Positions 9,945 through 20,463 of a DNA stretch of 64,000 nt are shown here, one piece after another. Positions within the stretch are counted from its first letter, which is position 1. Every line of letters starts with the position of its first letter. A program made the translations under genes and the position numbers. The notes under the pieces are model-generated. The model did no database searches, was not told where the DNA came from, and saw nothing but the letters and a program-made list of their open reading frames with translations. This stretch comes from Chthoniobacterales bacterium (GTDB lineage Bacteria > Verrucomicrobiota > Verrucomicrobiia > Chthoniobacterales > Chthoniobacteraceae). The stretch is taken from positions 32,001 through 96,000 of the forward strand of contig JBBQZX010000003.1 of the NCBI GenBank assembly GCA_038207335.1, given 5' to 3'.

Positions 9945-10588
9945 AAAAGCTCGTCATCCTCTTCGCCGCACTCCTCACCGCCAGCTCCGCGCTTCATGCG
10001 GACGATGTCGCGCTTATGAAAATCCGTGTGAACAAATCGAAGGAGCTGCTGCCCGTCGCGATCGAATTTTACGAAGGCGACACGCCCGCCCATGTCGCAA
10101 ATTTCAAAAAGCTCGCGAGCAAAAAATTCTACAACGGCCTCGCATTCCACCGCGCATTTCCACACCTGCTCATGCAAACCGGGGACCCTATCAGCCGCAG
10201 CAGCAATCGCACGCGCGTCGGCATCGGCGGACCGGGCTACACATTGCCGCCGGAGATTCACCGCAAGAACATCAAGGGCGCAGTCGCTGCCGCGCGGCTG
10301 CCGGATAAAATCAACCCGTCACGCGTCTCGAACGGCAGCCAGTTCTACATCTGCCTCGCTCCGATGCCAGCGTACGACGGCCAATACACCGTCTTCGGCC
10401 ACGTCCTCTACGGCCTCGACACGCTCGACACGCTCAGCACGCGCAGCGTCGATTCCAACGACAATCCGGTCGAGCGCATCGAGATTGACTCGGTTAAAAT
10501 CATGCCGCGCGAGCAACTTCCGCCGCCGCCTGCGCCGCCCGTCCCCGGTGCGAAGCCGAAGGCGAAACGCTGGTGGCAGATTTTTTGA
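9941..10588 (+). CDS. Cyclophilin-type peptidyl-prolyl isomerase (exported)
   Basis: FYNGLAFHR, QTGDP, GGPGY, SNGSQFYI, YTVFGHV; signal peptide. Confidence 0.92.
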   Translation: MKKLVILFAALLTASSALHADDVALMKIRVNKSKELLPVAIEFYEGDTPAHVANFKKLASKKFYNGLAFHRAFPHLLMQTGDPISRSSNRTRVGIGGPGYTLPPEIHRKNIKGAVAAARLPDKINPSRVSNGSQFYICLAPMPAYDGQYTVFGHVLYGLDTLDTLSTRSVDSNDNPVERIEIDSVKIMPREQLPPPPAPPVPGAKPKAKRWWQIF

Positions 10589-10596
10589 CAAACCCT

Positions 10597-10625
10597 TTGC
10601 GCGCCCGGGAGGCCGCACGTATAAA
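10597..10625 (+). promoter_or_regulatory. Putative sigma70 promoter for tRNA-Tyr
   Basis: TTGCGC (10597-10602), 17 bp spacer, TATAAA (10620-10625), 19 nt upstream of the tRNA. Confidence 0.45.
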
Positions 10626-10644
10626 CCGGCCCCGCAAATTTCCC

Positions 10645-10727
10645 GGGTAGATACCGAAGTGGCCAAACGGGGTGGACTGTAAATCCACTGGCTTACGCCT
10701 TCGAAGGTTCGAATCCTTCTCTGCCCA
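10645..10727 (+). tRNA. tRNA-Tyr (GTA), CCA not encoded
   Basis: Acceptor GGGTAGA/TCTGCCC; anticodon arm gtgga-CTGTAAA-tccac; variable arm; T-arm gaagg-TTCGAAT-ccttc. Confidence 0.97.
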
Positions 10728-10741
10728 TTTGCGCGGGATTT

Positions 10742-10769
10742 CCACATTCGGTATGTGGCGCTTTTTTTT
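10742..10769 (+). terminator. Putative intrinsic terminator after tRNA-Tyr
   Basis: ccacat-tcggt-atgtgg hairpin followed by a T8 run. Confidence 0.55.
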
Positions 10770-10827
10770 GGTGAAAAAATTGGGTCGCCGTGCAGGCGAC
10801 GGTCTGGTTCCAATTTCTGGCTCCACC

Positions 10828-11499
10828 ATGAACAAACGTACATTCCTCCTTCGCCTCGGTGCGCTCTTAACCCTCCCACTCATCGCCAGCGAAGCCTGTG
10901 CGCAGGCTGCTTCCCAAGCCGCTGGGAAAATTCGCGTGGCATGTATCGGCGACAGCATCACCTATGGCTCCGGCGTCGCACAACGCGAGGTGAACGCGTA
11001 CCCCGCCGTCCTGCAGACGCTGCTCGGCGACGGCTACGAGGTGAAAAACTTCGGCGTCTCCGGCGCGACGCTACTGAAGGGCGGCGACAAGCCATATTGG
11101 AAGCAAAGCGCTTTCAAGGACGCCACGGAGTTCGCCCCGAATATCGTCATCATCAAGCTCGGCACCAACGACACGAAGCCGCAGAACTGGTCGCACAAAT
11201 CGGAGTTTTCCGACGACCTCCGCGCGCTCGTCGATCACTTCGCGGGGCTTCCTGCGAAGCCGAAAATCTGGCTCTGCGTTCCCGCGCCAGTGCACAAGCT
11301 GAATTTCGGAATCAACGAACCCGCGCTCGATGAAGAGATTCCGATGATCCGGCAGGTCGCGGAGGAAAAGAAGACCGGCATCATCGATATCTTTGCCGCG
11401 CTGAAGCCCCATCCCGAGTTCTTTCACGACGGCATTCACCCCGATGCCGCCGGCGCGAAGGTGATGGCTGAGACGGTGAATCAAGCGATCAAGAAATAG
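10828..11499 (+). CDS. SGNH/GDSL esterase (exported)
   Basis: GDSIT, GVSG, LGTND, DGIHP blocks. Confidence 0.92.
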   Translation: MNKRTFLLRLGALLTLPLIASEACAQAASQAAGKIRVACIGDSITYGSGVAQREVNAYPAVLQTLLGDGYEVKNFGVSGATLLKGGDKPYWKQSAFKDATEFAPNIVIIKLGTNDTKPQNWSHKSEFSDDLRALVDHFAGLPAKPKIWLCVPAPVHKLNFGINEPALDEEIPMIRQVAEEKKTGIIDIFAALKPHPEFFHDGIHPDAAGAKVMAETVNQAIKK

Positions 11500-11576
11500 G
11501 GCAGGCTACCAGTTGTCCGCGGCGGGTTTTTGGATTAACGAATGCGCCGCAGTTTCTGCCATACGTCTCTGAAACC

Positions 11577-12488
11577 ATGAAGTTCCGCGCTCTCCTCATC
11601 GTTCTTTTTACCGTCACCGCCGTCGCCTGTTCGGCGCAAACGCAGGCCCCGGCAAAGACTGCGCCGCCAGTCCCGGGCAGTCCCGCGCCGGACGAACCCG
11701 CCGCTCCCGCACCGGCAGCGACGACCACACCGACCCCGGCACCGACCGGCGCATCTCAGCAAATTACGTTCAGTCAATGCCATGTCGATGGGCCTTACAT
11801 CGCGATGACTTTCGACGACGGGCCGAGCAAGGAGAACACGCCGCGCCTTCTCGAGATGCTGAAAAAGCGCGGTATCAAGGCGACGTTTTTTTTGCTCGGC
11901 GAATGTGTCGCGCAGAATCCCGAGATCGCGAAACGCATCGTCGCGGAAGGGCATGAAATTGCGAATCACTCGTGGTCGCACCCGTCGCTCTCAAAGCTGG
12001 GCGAAGAGGGAATCACCAGCCAACTCCAGCGCACGCATGATTTGATCGAACAGACGACGGGCGTTTCGATGACGCTCATGCGCCCGCCGTACGGCGCGCT
12101 CACCACGAATCAGCGCGCGTGGGTAAACAAAAAATGGGGCTACAAAATCATCCTGTGGGATGTCGATCCGCTTGATTGGAAAGTGCGCAACGCGGCGCAT
12201 GTGGAGAGCGAGATCGTGAAGCAAACTGTCGCCGGCTCGATCGTCCTCTCGCACGACATTCACAAAACCACGGTCGATGCGATGCCGGAGACACTCGATG
12301 CCCTCGCCGCGAAGGGGTTCAAATTTGTGACGGTGACCGAACTGCTCGCGATGAACCACGCCGCGCCGCCGGCCAAGCCGAAGGCGACGCCCGTGCCAAA
12401 ATCCGCGCACAAGCCTGAGGCGGCGGTTACGAAAGCCGAGCCGCCTGCGGCGAAGCAACGGCCTGCCGTGCCTGTGAAGCCACTATAA
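11577..12488 (+). CDS. Polysaccharide deacetylase (CE4/NodB), exported, possible lipoprotein
   Basis: TFDDGP, HSWSH, RPPYG, DPLDW, LSHD. Confidence 0.93.
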   Translation: MKFRALLIVLFTVTAVACSAQTQAPAKTAPPVPGSPAPDEPAAPAPAATTTPTPAPTGASQQITFSQCHVDGPYIAMTFDDGPSKENTPRLLEMLKKRGIKATFFLLGECVAQNPEIAKRIVAEGHEIANHSWSHPSLSKLGEEGITSQLQRTHDLIEQTTGVSMTLMRPPYGALTTNQRAWVNKKWGYKIILWDVDPLDWKVRNAAHVESEIVKQTVAGSIVLSHDIHKTTVDAMPETLDALAAKGFKFVTVTELLAMNHAAPPAKPKATPVPKSAHKPEAAVTKAEPPAAKQRPAVPVKPL

Positions 12489-12514
12489 CGTAAGCAGAGT
12501 GGAGCCGACTGGGC

Positions 12515-13708
12515 TCACGCAAAAAATCGCGAGGCGGGGACGATCTCGCCAGGCTTGCAGATGCGCTCGACGAGCGTCTCCCAGCTTTCGTGGCCGCTCA
12601 GGATTTCGATTTCGACTCGAAGAAAATAGACCGGCAGTTCGAGGTTTTCGGCTTTGTGCGGGAAGCGGACGCTGTCCTTTTCAGTCGTCACGATCATGTC
12701 GAGGTCGCGTTGCACGCAGCGCGCGATGAACTCCTGCAACTCTTTCTCAGTGAAGCGGTGGTGGTCGGCGAATCGCTTCGTGATTTGCAGCTCCGCGCCC
12801 AGCCCGCGGAGTCCGTTTTCAAAGCTCTCGGGCTGCGCGATGCCGCTGATCGCGCCGATATACTTGCCGCTGAGAAAGTCGAGTGGCAGGCGCTCATCGG
12901 AGTATAGATTTTGCAAGTAGAGCGGTCGGTGCGTGCACTCGATGATCTCGGCGGTGCGGTTGAGTTTTCGGATGCGCTCGATCAGTGCGACATTCCCACC
13001 GACGATGCTTTTGGTGATGAAAATGTAACTCGCGCGACGCAGGTTCGACGGCGGCTCGCGGAGCGTCCCGCGTGGCAGCAGGAATTCGTTTCCAAAGGGT
13101 GCCTGCCGGTCGATGAGACAGATTTCGAGCCGGTGTTTGAGGTGCAAGTACTGCATCCCGTCATCGAGGATGAGCGTGTCCACGCCCATGCTGCGGATGG
13201 CGTGCAGCGCGCTTTTCACGCGATCCTTATCGACGAGGACGATGACATTTTTGAGGCTTCGAGCAAGCATGAATGGCTCATCGCCTGCAAACCGAGAATC
13301 AAGCAGCAGCCTTGATCCGTCGTGCACGATGCGCGGTTTTTTCCGCTCGAGCCCGAGCCATTTTCGCTGCATGCGGCGGAGCAGCGGCGGCTTCTTGCTT
13401 TTGTATCCCCGACTCAGAATTGCGACGTTGCGCCCGTGGTCTTTCAGTGTCCGCGCGAACTTTTCCACGACTGGCGTTTTGCCCGTGCCGCCGACCGTCA
13501 GATTTCCGATCGAGATGACGAGGCATCCGGGCGTGCGCTGGCGAAAAAAGCGATGTCGATAGAGCCAGAGCCGCGTTTGCACGATGCCGCGAAAAAGCCA
13601 CGAGAGCGCCTGCAAAAACCACCGCAGCAGCGCGGCGCGTTTGCCGTATCGACGCTCCAAAATGACGTCGATCGCAAACTGCTCGAACGCTTCCAGCCAC
13701 CGCCTCAT
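12515..13708 (-). CDS. lpxK: Tetraacyldisaccharide 4'-kinase
   Basis: GNLTVGGTGKTP, LSRGY, GDEP, LDDGMQ, LLPRGTLREP, FADHH, TTEKD. Confidence 0.95.
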   Translation of the reverse strand: MRRWLEAFEQFAIDVILERRYGKRAALLRWFLQALSWLFRGIVQTRLWLYRHRFFRQRTPGCLVISIGNLTVGGTGKTPVVEKFARTLKDHGRNVAILSRGYKSKKPPLLRRMQRKWLGLERKKPRIVHDGSRLLLDSRFAGDEPFMLARSLKNVIVLVDKDRVKSALHAIRSMGVDTLILDDGMQYLHLKHRLEICLIDRQAPFGNEFLLPRGTLREPPSNLRRASYIFITKSIVGGNVALIERIRKLNRTAEIIECTHRPLYLQNLYSDERLPLDFLSGKYIGAISGIAQPESFENGLRGLGAELQITKRFADHHRFTEKELQEFIARCVQRDLDMIVTTEKDSVRFPHKAENLELPVYFLRVEIEILSGHESWETLVERICKPGEIVPASRFFA

Positions 13709-13715
13709 GGGGAGA

Positions 13716-14552
13716 TTAGAGCACCCCGGCTCCGGAGTTGTCTGCGGTTGTGATAATCGTTCGAGCGGGGTGTTCGGCCGCGGCTTTCATGGCGGCAGCG
13801 ACTGCATCGGGAGAGTCGAGCGTGAGGCAGCAAATCGTCGAACCAGAACCGCTGAGGAAGCCACCGAGGGCACCGGCTTTTTCTCCTGCGGCGATGACGC
13901 GCGGGAGCATCGGGATGAGCGGTTCGCGGAATGGCTGGTGGAGAAAATCGGTGAAGCAGCCGCGCAGGAGTTCGTATTTTTGCAGGGCGAATGCGGCGGT
14001 GATTCGGCAGGCGTTGGCGCCGCTGGCTGCGGCGTCGCGATGAGCGATTTGGGCGGGGAGGACGGCGCGCGCAGCGGGCGTCGCGATTTCAAAATCGGGG
14101 ATGAGGAGGACGAAATGCAACGCCGGTGAGACTTCGCATCGGAGCGCAGACGCGCCGGTTTTTGCGACGGTGAAGCCGCCGAATGCCGCAGGGGCGGCGT
14201 TGTCGGGGTGGCCCTCGAGTTGCGAGCAGAGCTCGAAAAGCCGCTCGCGGGTGAGGCCCGCGTTGCTGAGTTCGTTCAGGCCGTGGAGGATGCCGAGCCG
14301 GACGGTGACGCTGCTGCCAAGGCCGCGTGACTGCGGCACTTCGCCCTCGATTTTCCAATGAAACGCGAACGGCTGCGCGTGCGCCGCGGCGAAGAAACGT
14401 GCGGCGGCATCGGACGCCATGACGTGGCTCTGCGGTGGGCCGCCGCGGCTGATGGTGACTCGATTGTAGAGCTGCACGGCGACGCCGAGGCAGTCGTATC
14501 CCGGCCCGAGATTTGCGGACGTGCCGGGCACGCGGATCGTGATTTCATTCAT
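13716..14552 (-). CDS. thrB: Homoserine kinase
   Basis: PGTSANLGPGYD, PQSRGLGSS, EGHPDN, SGSG. Confidence 0.95.
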   Translation of the reverse strand: MNEITIRVPGTSANLGPGYDCLGVAVQLYNRVTISRGGPPQSHVMASDAAARFFAAAHAQPFAFHWKIEGEVPQSRGLGSSVTVRLGILHGLNELSNAGLTRERLFELCSQLEGHPDNAAPAAFGGFTVAKTGASALRCEVSPALHFVLLIPDFEIATPAARAVLPAQIAHRDAAASGANACRITAAFALQKYELLRGCFTDFLHQPFREPLIPMLPRVIAAGEKAGALGGFLSGSGSTICCLTLDSPDAVAAAMKAAAEHPARTIITTADNSGAGVL

Positions 14553-14615
14553 GTTGACGAAGTCTCGCGACGGCCAGCGCGGGCGGTCAATCGCGTTCGG
14601 GGTTGCGCTTGCCGC

Positions 14616-15938
14616 TCAGAATTCCCAGCCTGTGGTCAGACCCAGCCACTGCACTCCGATGCGAACCGCGCTGTCTGAATACTCGCCCGCGGCCAGTTCG
14701 CTTTTCCCGATTTGCTGCGTTTTCGGCAGCGCCCACTGCCACGCGAGATCGACTGCGGCGCGGCCATTTTTGTAGCCGACGCCGGCGCTTAAGGTGTGCT
14801 CGGTGATCGCCGCGGTGAGTGGCGTGAGCGTCTCGCTCGGCACCGGATTCGTGGAGTAGGCATACCCGGCTCGCAAGGCCCAGTGAGCATCGAGCGCGTA
14901 CTCGAGCCCGATGCGACCGACCCACTGATCTCGCCATTTGAGGGGGATGTCGTCGTCCAAGCGATCGCTGCCGACAAGTCCGTTGAGGTCGCGATCGTTT
15001 CCACTTTTGAGCCGCACTTTGAGCGTGTCGAACGAGTCCGCCAAATTCAGCCAATCGATCTGTGCGGCGACAGTGAGCTTCGGCGTCGCGTTCCAGACCG
15101 CGCCGACGCTGGCCTTTTGAGGAAAATGATTCGTCACCTCGGCATCGTAGTCCGCCGTCGAATCCGCTGCGCCGAGCCCGAGGCGCGCGAACTGCACCCC
15201 CGCATCCGCGGACGCGTGCCCAGTTGTGCGGATGCTTGCCTTCGTGGTGTAGCTCGCGCCGAGTGCGACTGTCTTTACCGGCTTCCACAGCAGCCCGACT
15301 TGCACATCCCAGCCGAAGCCTTCAGTGCGCAGATCGAGCAGCGTTTTCGCGGTGCGGAGCACCGGCTGGCTTTGAAAAATGTAAGGCGCCTCGAGCCGGT
15401 TGCGGTTGTAGAGCAGGCCGCCACTGACCCCGATTGAAAGCGCGTCGTTGATCTGCCAGCTCGTGCCGAGTGCCGCGCGGTAGAGCAAGACCTCCGAGCG
15501 ATGCGTCTGCACGCCGTAGCTCGTGAGCCCGTCGGCTCCGCCCGGCGTGTCGCGGTATCGCCAATCCGCGCGCATCGCTGCCACGGGCTCGATGCCGAGC
15601 CCGAAGCGGAAGACGCCCGCGGGTACACTCACAGCGAGCGCCGGGAGTATGCCCGCGGCGTCCAGCTTCGCGTCGTCATTGGCCCGGTTATCGAAGCGTC
15701 CGCTGGCAAATCCCGCGAGACCGTGCAGTTCGAATGTGGAACGCTCAAGCTCGCTCAGTGCAGCCGGATTTGCCGAAAGCGCATCGAGCGGGCCTCGCGC
15801 CGCCGCGGTGTCGTTGCCACCGAGCGCCATGGAGCGGGCGCTGGCGCCGTCGCGATAGATGCCTGCGCTGAAAGCGGGTGCAGCCGAGGCGGCGAGAAAG
15901 CCGGCGAGGCTCAGTCTGAGGATGTAAATGTGGTACAT
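14616..15938 (-). CDS. FadL/OmpP1-family outer-membrane transporter
   Basis: 'ARSMALGG' and 'NPA' N-terminal motifs; amphipathic beta-strands; C-terminal Phe. Confidence 0.85.
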   Translation of the reverse strand: MYHIYILRLSLAGFLAASAAPAFSAGIYRDGASARSMALGGNDTAAARGPLDALSANPAALSELERSTFELHGLAGFASGRFDNRANDDAKLDAAGILPALAVSVPAGVFRFGLGIEPVAAMRADWRYRDTPGGADGLTSYGVQTHRSEVLLYRAALGTSWQINDALSIGVSGGLLYNRNRLEAPYIFQSQPVLRTAKTLLDLRTEGFGWDVQVGLLWKPVKTVALGASYTTKASIRTTGHASADAGVQFARLGLGAADSTADYDAEVTNHFPQKASVGAVWNATPKLTVAAQIDWLNLADSFDTLKVRLKSGNDRDLNGLVGSDRLDDDIPLKWRDQWVGRIGLEYALDAHWALRAGYAYSTNPVPSETLTPLTAAITEHTLSAGVGYKNGRAAVDLAWQWALPKTQQIGKSELAAGEYSDSAVRIGVQWLGLTTGWEF

Positions 15939-16040
15939 CGCCGACAAACTCAGCACCGCGCGCACCAAACGGTATGGGTTCTCAAATCTTACACAAAAAA
16001 CTGATTCTCGGAATTCGCGAGAACGGCTCGTGCTCTAGCT

Positions 16041-17690
16041 GTGACGCCACCCGCAATGCCCACCGCCACTGATTCCGAATACGACTCGCTGAAAGTCAGG
16101 CTCGCAGCCACGCAGGCCGAGCTTGCACTCTCGCACGCGGCGAGGAAATCCGCCGAGGAGGAGGCGCGCTCCCTCCGCGTCAGCGAGTCGTATTTTCGGA
16201 ACCTCACGGAGTACGCGCTCGATCTCATCACCATCCTCGATGCGGACGGCACGATCCGCTTCGAGAGCCGTTCCGTGGAGAGCGGGCTCGGCTGGGAGCA
16301 GGAGGATTACGTGGGAAAAAACGCGTTCGAGTTCGTGCATCCCGAGGATGCGCCGCGCGTCATCCAGGCGTTCGTTATCGCGCTTCAGGCCAATGGCAGC
16401 ACTCCGTTGTTGAGCTTTCGCTTCCGGCATAAAGACGGCACCTACCGCATCCTCGAGGGCCGTGGGAACAACCTGCTCGGTGACTCGGCGGTGCGCGGCA
16501 TCGTCTTCAACTCGCGAGACGTGACCGAGCAGCGGCGGCTTCAGGAGCAGTTTCAACAGTCGCAAAAAGTGCAGGCCATCGGCCAGCTCACGGGCGGGGT
16601 GGCGCATGATTTTAACAACATTCTCACCGCAATCATCGGCTACAGCGAACTCGTCCTCGGCCGTCTGCCGGAGGGCGGGCAGCCGCACCGCGATGTGCAG
16701 GAAATTCTCAAAGCCGCGAATCGCGCCGCCGGCCTCACGCGGCAGCTTCTCGCCTTCAGTCGCAAGCAGGTGATGCTCCCGCGCGTGCTGAATCTCGGCA
16801 CCGTCATCGCCGAGATGGATCACATGCTGCGGCGCCTCATTGGGCCGCAAATCGACCTCGTGACGGTGCCGAGCCCGGCGACAGGAAATGTGAAGGCCGA
16901 CCTCGGGCAGATCGAGCAGGTGCTCTTGAACCTCGCCGTTAACGCCCGCGACGCGATGCCCGAGGGCGGCAGGCTGACCATCGAGACGCAATGCCTCACG
17001 ATCGACGAGGTGTACGCCGAACTGCGCGACGAAGTGGAGCCGGGCGAGTATGTCATGCTCGCGATCACCGACTCCGGCACGGGCATGACGGAGGAAGTGC
17101 AGGCGCACTTGTTTGAGCCGTTCTTCACCACGAAGCCCCAGGGGGAGGGAACCGGGCTCGGGCTCGCGACGTGCCACGGCATTGTGAAGCAGAGCGGCGG
17201 ACACATCGCGGTTTACAGCGAGTTGGGGAGGGGGACGACTTTCAGAGTCTATCTGCCGCGCGTGTCGGAGGAAGCGGCGCCGTACGAGCGCACCGAGTCC
17301 TCGCCGATCCTCCGCACGGGCAGTGGCACCGTGCTGCTTGTGGAGGACGAGCCGATGCTGCGCGAGCTCGGCGCGACCGTGCTGCTGGAACTCGGCTACC
17401 AAGTCCTCTCCGCGGAGAATGGCCGCGAGGCGCTCGCCCTCGTGCAGGCGAACCCCAACCTCCAAATCGACCTGTTGCTCACCGACGTCATCATGCCCGA
17501 GATGGGCGGCAAGGAACTCGTCTCGCATCTGCGCCCCCTCTCGCCGCACACCAAGATCATCTTCTGCTCCGGCTACACCGAGGACGCCATCTTCCACAGC
17601 GGCGGGCTCGAGGCGGACGTCTTTTTTCTGCAAAAGCCTTACACGCTGGCGGCCGTTGCGCAGAAAGTTCACGATGTCCTCCATAGCTGA
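16041..17690 (+). CDS. PAS-domain hybrid sensor histidine kinase with receiver
   Basis: PAS; GGVAHDFNN; NLAVNARDAM; FFTTK..GTGLGL; REC (VEDE, TDVIMP, KP). Confidence 0.95.
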   Translation: MTPPAMPTATDSEYDSLKVRLAATQAELALSHAARKSAEEEARSLRVSESYFRNLTEYALDLITILDADGTIRFESRSVESGLGWEQEDYVGKNAFEFVHPEDAPRVIQAFVIALQANGSTPLLSFRFRHKDGTYRILEGRGNNLLGDSAVRGIVFNSRDVTEQRRLQEQFQQSQKVQAIGQLTGGVAHDFNNILTAIIGYSELVLGRLPEGGQPHRDVQEILKAANRAAGLTRQLLAFSRKQVMLPRVLNLGTVIAEMDHMLRRLIGPQIDLVTVPSPATGNVKADLGQIEQVLLNLAVNARDAMPEGGRLTIETQCLTIDEVYAELRDEVEPGEYVMLAITDSGTGMTEEVQAHLFEPFFTTKPQGEGTGLGLATCHGIVKQSGGHIAVYSELGRGTTFRVYLPRVSEEAAPYERTESSPILRTGSGTVLLVEDEPMLRELGATVLLELGYQVLSAENGREALALVQANPNLQIDLLLTDVIMPEMGGKELVSHLRPLSPHTKIIFCSGYTEDAIFHSGGLEADVFFLQKPYTLAAVAQKVHDVLHS

Positions 17691-17717
17691 ACGCGCTGCG
17701 GCGCGTGCAGCCGCGCC

Positions 17718-18311
17718 ATGGTCACCGTTCGCCCTCTCATCCTTGCATCGGCATCGCCACGCCGTCGGTGGCTGCTCGCCGGGCGCGGGTTCGAGTTCAC
17801 GGTTGAGCCCGCGGACGTGACGGAGCTTGCCCCGGCGCACCTCACGCCGGGCGAGACGGTCCTCTTCAACGCCCGCCTCAAGGCCGACGCCGTCTCCGCG
17901 CTCCATCCCGGCGCGCTCGTGCTCGGCGTCGATACACTCGTCGCGTGTGATGCCGAGATCTTCGGGAAGCCGGCGGACATGCAGGAAGCCCTCTCCATGC
18001 TCCGGCGCCTGAACGGCCGGGCGCACGAAGTTTTCTCCGGCCTCTGGCTGCGCTGCCGGGAGAGCGAGCAGCGGGGCGCGGTGGAAATGACGCGCGTGCA
18101 TTTCCACCACCTCGCCACGCCGCGGCTTCGCGCCTACCTCGCGCGCATCGGGCCGCTGGATAAAGCCGGCGCCTACGCCGCGCAGGACGACGACGGCGAG
18201 ATGATCGAGCGCGTCGAGGGCTCGCTGAGCAACGTCATCGGCCTGCCCATGGAAGCCCTCGAGCCGCTCCTCGCCGAGTTCGGCCACCGCGGAGCGTCCC
18301 GAGCCATCTGA
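17718..18311 (+). CDS. maf: Maf nucleoside-triphosphate pyrophosphatase
   Basis: LILASASPRR, DT..GKP, DKAGAY, NVIGLP. Confidence 0.92.
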   Translation: MVTVRPLILASASPRRRWLLAGRGFEFTVEPADVTELAPAHLTPGETVLFNARLKADAVSALHPGALVLGVDTLVACDAEIFGKPADMQEALSMLRRLNGRAHEVFSGLWLRCRESEQRGAVEMTRVHFHHLATPRLRAYLARIGPLDKAGAYAAQDDDGEMIERVEGSLSNVIGLPMEALEPLLAEFGHRGASRAI

Positions 18312-18314
18312 GCC

Positions 18315-19229
18315 ATGCGCACCGAGGGCCAGATCGAAGTCGAGGGGAAGCAGCTCAAGGTCTCGAACCTCGACAAGGTCCTCTACCCGAAGGCCGGCTT
18401 CACCAAAGCCGCCGTCATCGACTACTTCATCCGCATCGCCCCCGTTCTCCTGCCGCACATCAAGAACCGCGCCCTCACCCTCAAGCGCTACCCCAACGGC
18501 GTGGACGGGCCGTTCTTCTACGAGAAGCGCTGCCCCCCGCACCGCCCGGCCTGGGTGAAAACCGCCGCCATCTGGAGCGCGAGCAACGAGGCGAACATCG
18601 ACTTCTGCCTTGCCAACGACGTGCCCACCCTCGTCTGGGCCGCGAACCTCGCCGACCTCGAGCTGCACACCTCGCTCGCGGGCTCACGCACCCCGCTCAA
18701 GCCCCACTTCGTCGTCTTCGATCTCGACCCCGGGCCCCCGGCCACCATCGTCGAGTGCTGCCGCGTCGGCCTCTGGCTGCGGGACGCCTTCGCCGCGATG
18801 GGGCTCGAATGCTACCCGAAGACCTCCGGCTCGAAGGGCCTGCAACTTTACCTCCCCCTCCACACCGCCACGACCTTCGTGAAGACCAAAGCCTTTGCCC
18901 ACACCATCGCGCAGCGCATCGAGCGCGAGCACCCCGACCTCGTCCTCTCCCGCATGGCGAAGAACCTGCGCGCCGGCAAAGTCTTCGTCGATTGGAGCCA
19001 GAACGACGACCACAAGACCACCGTCTGCGTCTATTCGCTGCGCGCAAAGGAGCGCCCGACCGTCTCCACGCCGTTGCGCTGGGAGGAGGTCGAGCATTGC
19101 TGGAAAAAGAAAGACCCCGCCCTTCTCGTCTTCGAGTCCGAGGCCGTGCTCGCCCGCGTGAAGAAGTTCGGCGACCTGTTCGCTCCCGTCTTGGAGGAAA
19201 AGCAGAAGCTCCCCGTGCTCTCCGACTAG
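18315..19229 (+). CDS. Stand-alone LigD polymerase/primase domain (NHEJ-type)
   Basis: SNLDKVLYP, RYPNG..FYEK, FDLDP, KTSGSKGL, DWSQN, YSLRA..PTVSTP. Confidence 0.9.
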   Translation: MRTEGQIEVEGKQLKVSNLDKVLYPKAGFTKAAVIDYFIRIAPVLLPHIKNRALTLKRYPNGVDGPFFYEKRCPPHRPAWVKTAAIWSASNEANIDFCLANDVPTLVWAANLADLELHTSLAGSRTPLKPHFVVFDLDPGPPATIVECCRVGLWLRDAFAAMGLECYPKTSGSKGLQLYLPLHTATTFVKTKAFAHTIAQRIEREHPDLVLSRMAKNLRAGKVFVDWSQNDDHKTTVCVYSLRAKERPTVSTPLRWEEVEHCWKKKDPALLVFESEAVLARVKKFGDLFAPVLEEKQKLPVLSD

Positions 19230-19247
19230 CTGCGGGGGCCGGGCGGC

Positions 19248-20351
19248 TCAGTCCGCGAGGGGGGCGGTGAAGGGTAGGGCGTGGGCGGCGGCGACGGCCT
19301 GGCAGGTGATGTGGCCGGACATGACGTTGATGCCGCCGAGGAGGGCGGGCTGGCGGCGGCAGGCTTCTGCGAGGCCGTGGTCGGCGAGGAGTTCGATGTA
19401 GCGGTGGGTGACGTTCACGAGGCCCTGCGTGGCGGTGCGGGCGTAGGCGCCGGGCATGTTGGCGACGCAGTAGTGGGTGACTCCTTCCTCCACGAAGACC
19501 GGGTCGTGGTGCGTGGTGGGGCGGGTGGTCTCGGCGCAGCCGCCTTGATCGACTGCGATATCGACGAGGACGCTGCCGGGCCTCATGCAGCGGAGCATGG
19601 CGCGGGTGATGAGCTTGGGGGCTTTCGCGCCGGGGACGAGGACGGCTCCGATGAGAAGATCGACGCTGGGGAGGATTTCGCGGAGGTGGGACTCGTCGGA
19701 GTAGAGGGTGTGGGCGCCGTGGAGGGTGATGTCGAGGTAGCGCATCCGCTCGAGATCGACTTCGAGAATGGTGACGTCCGCGCCGAGGCCGGTGGCCATG
19801 CGGGCGGCGTTGACCCCTGCGACGCCTCCGCCGAGGACGACGACTTTGCCGGGGAGCACTCCGGGGACTCCGCCGAGGAGGGTGCCGCTGCCGCCGGCGT
19901 GCTTGGCGAGAAAGTAGCCGCCGACGATGACGGACATGCGCCCGGCGATTTCGCTCATGGGCTCGAGGAGGGGGAGGTGGCGGCCGACTTCGATGGTTTC
20001 GTAGGCGAGGGCGGTGACGCCGGAGGCGATGAGGGCTTCGGTGAGGGGGCGGTTGGCTGCGAGGTGGAGGTAGGTGAAGAGGAGCTGGCCTTTGCGCAGG
20101 AGGGGGTATTCGGAGGGCAGTGGCTCTTTGACTTTCACGACGAGGTCGCCGCGGGCGAAGAGTTCGGCATGGTCGGCGATGAGTTCGGCCCCGGCGGTGG
20201 CGTAATCGGCATCGGGGAAGCCGGAGCCGGCCCCGGCACCGGTCTCGACGAGGACGGTGTGGCCGCGCTGGATGAGGTGGTAGGCGCCGCCGGGGGTGAG
20301 GGAGACGCGGGATTCCTGTTCTTTGATTTCCCTGGGGATGGCGATGGTCAT
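19248..20351 (-). CDS. ald: Alanine dehydrogenase
   Basis: [47 protein letters not shown]. Confidence 0.96.
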   Translation of the reverse strand: MTIAIPREIKEQESRVSLTPGGAYHLIQRGHTVLVETGAGAGSGFPDADYATAGAELIADHAELFARGDLVVKVKEPLPSEYPLLRKGQLLFTYLHLAANRPLTEALIASGVTALAYETIEVGRHLPLLEPMSEIAGRMSVIVGGYFLAKHAGGSGTLLGGVPGVLPGKVVVLGGGVAGVNAARMATGLGADVTILEVDLERMRYLDITLHGAHTLYSDESHLREILPSVDLLIGAVLVPGAKAPKLITRAMLRCMRPGSVLVDIAVDQGGCAETTRPTTHHDPVFVEEGVTHYCVANMPGAYARTATQGLVNVTHRYIELLADHGLAEACRRQPALLGGINVMSGHITCQAVAAAHALPFTAPLAD

Positions 20352-20463
20352 TGGGTGCGGGGTGGGTGTGAAGATCGTGCGCTGCGGCCTCTTTGTCCGT
20401 GGTGGGAGGGAGAATGTTCAAGTCTTCCTCGCAGCGCGGAGAGTGCTCCCTGCTCAAGGCTCG

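Noticed and set aside
10645..12488. tRNA-Tyr as a possible island integration site
   Set aside because: No integrase, no duplicated tRNA 3' end seen, and downstream genes have host-like composition.
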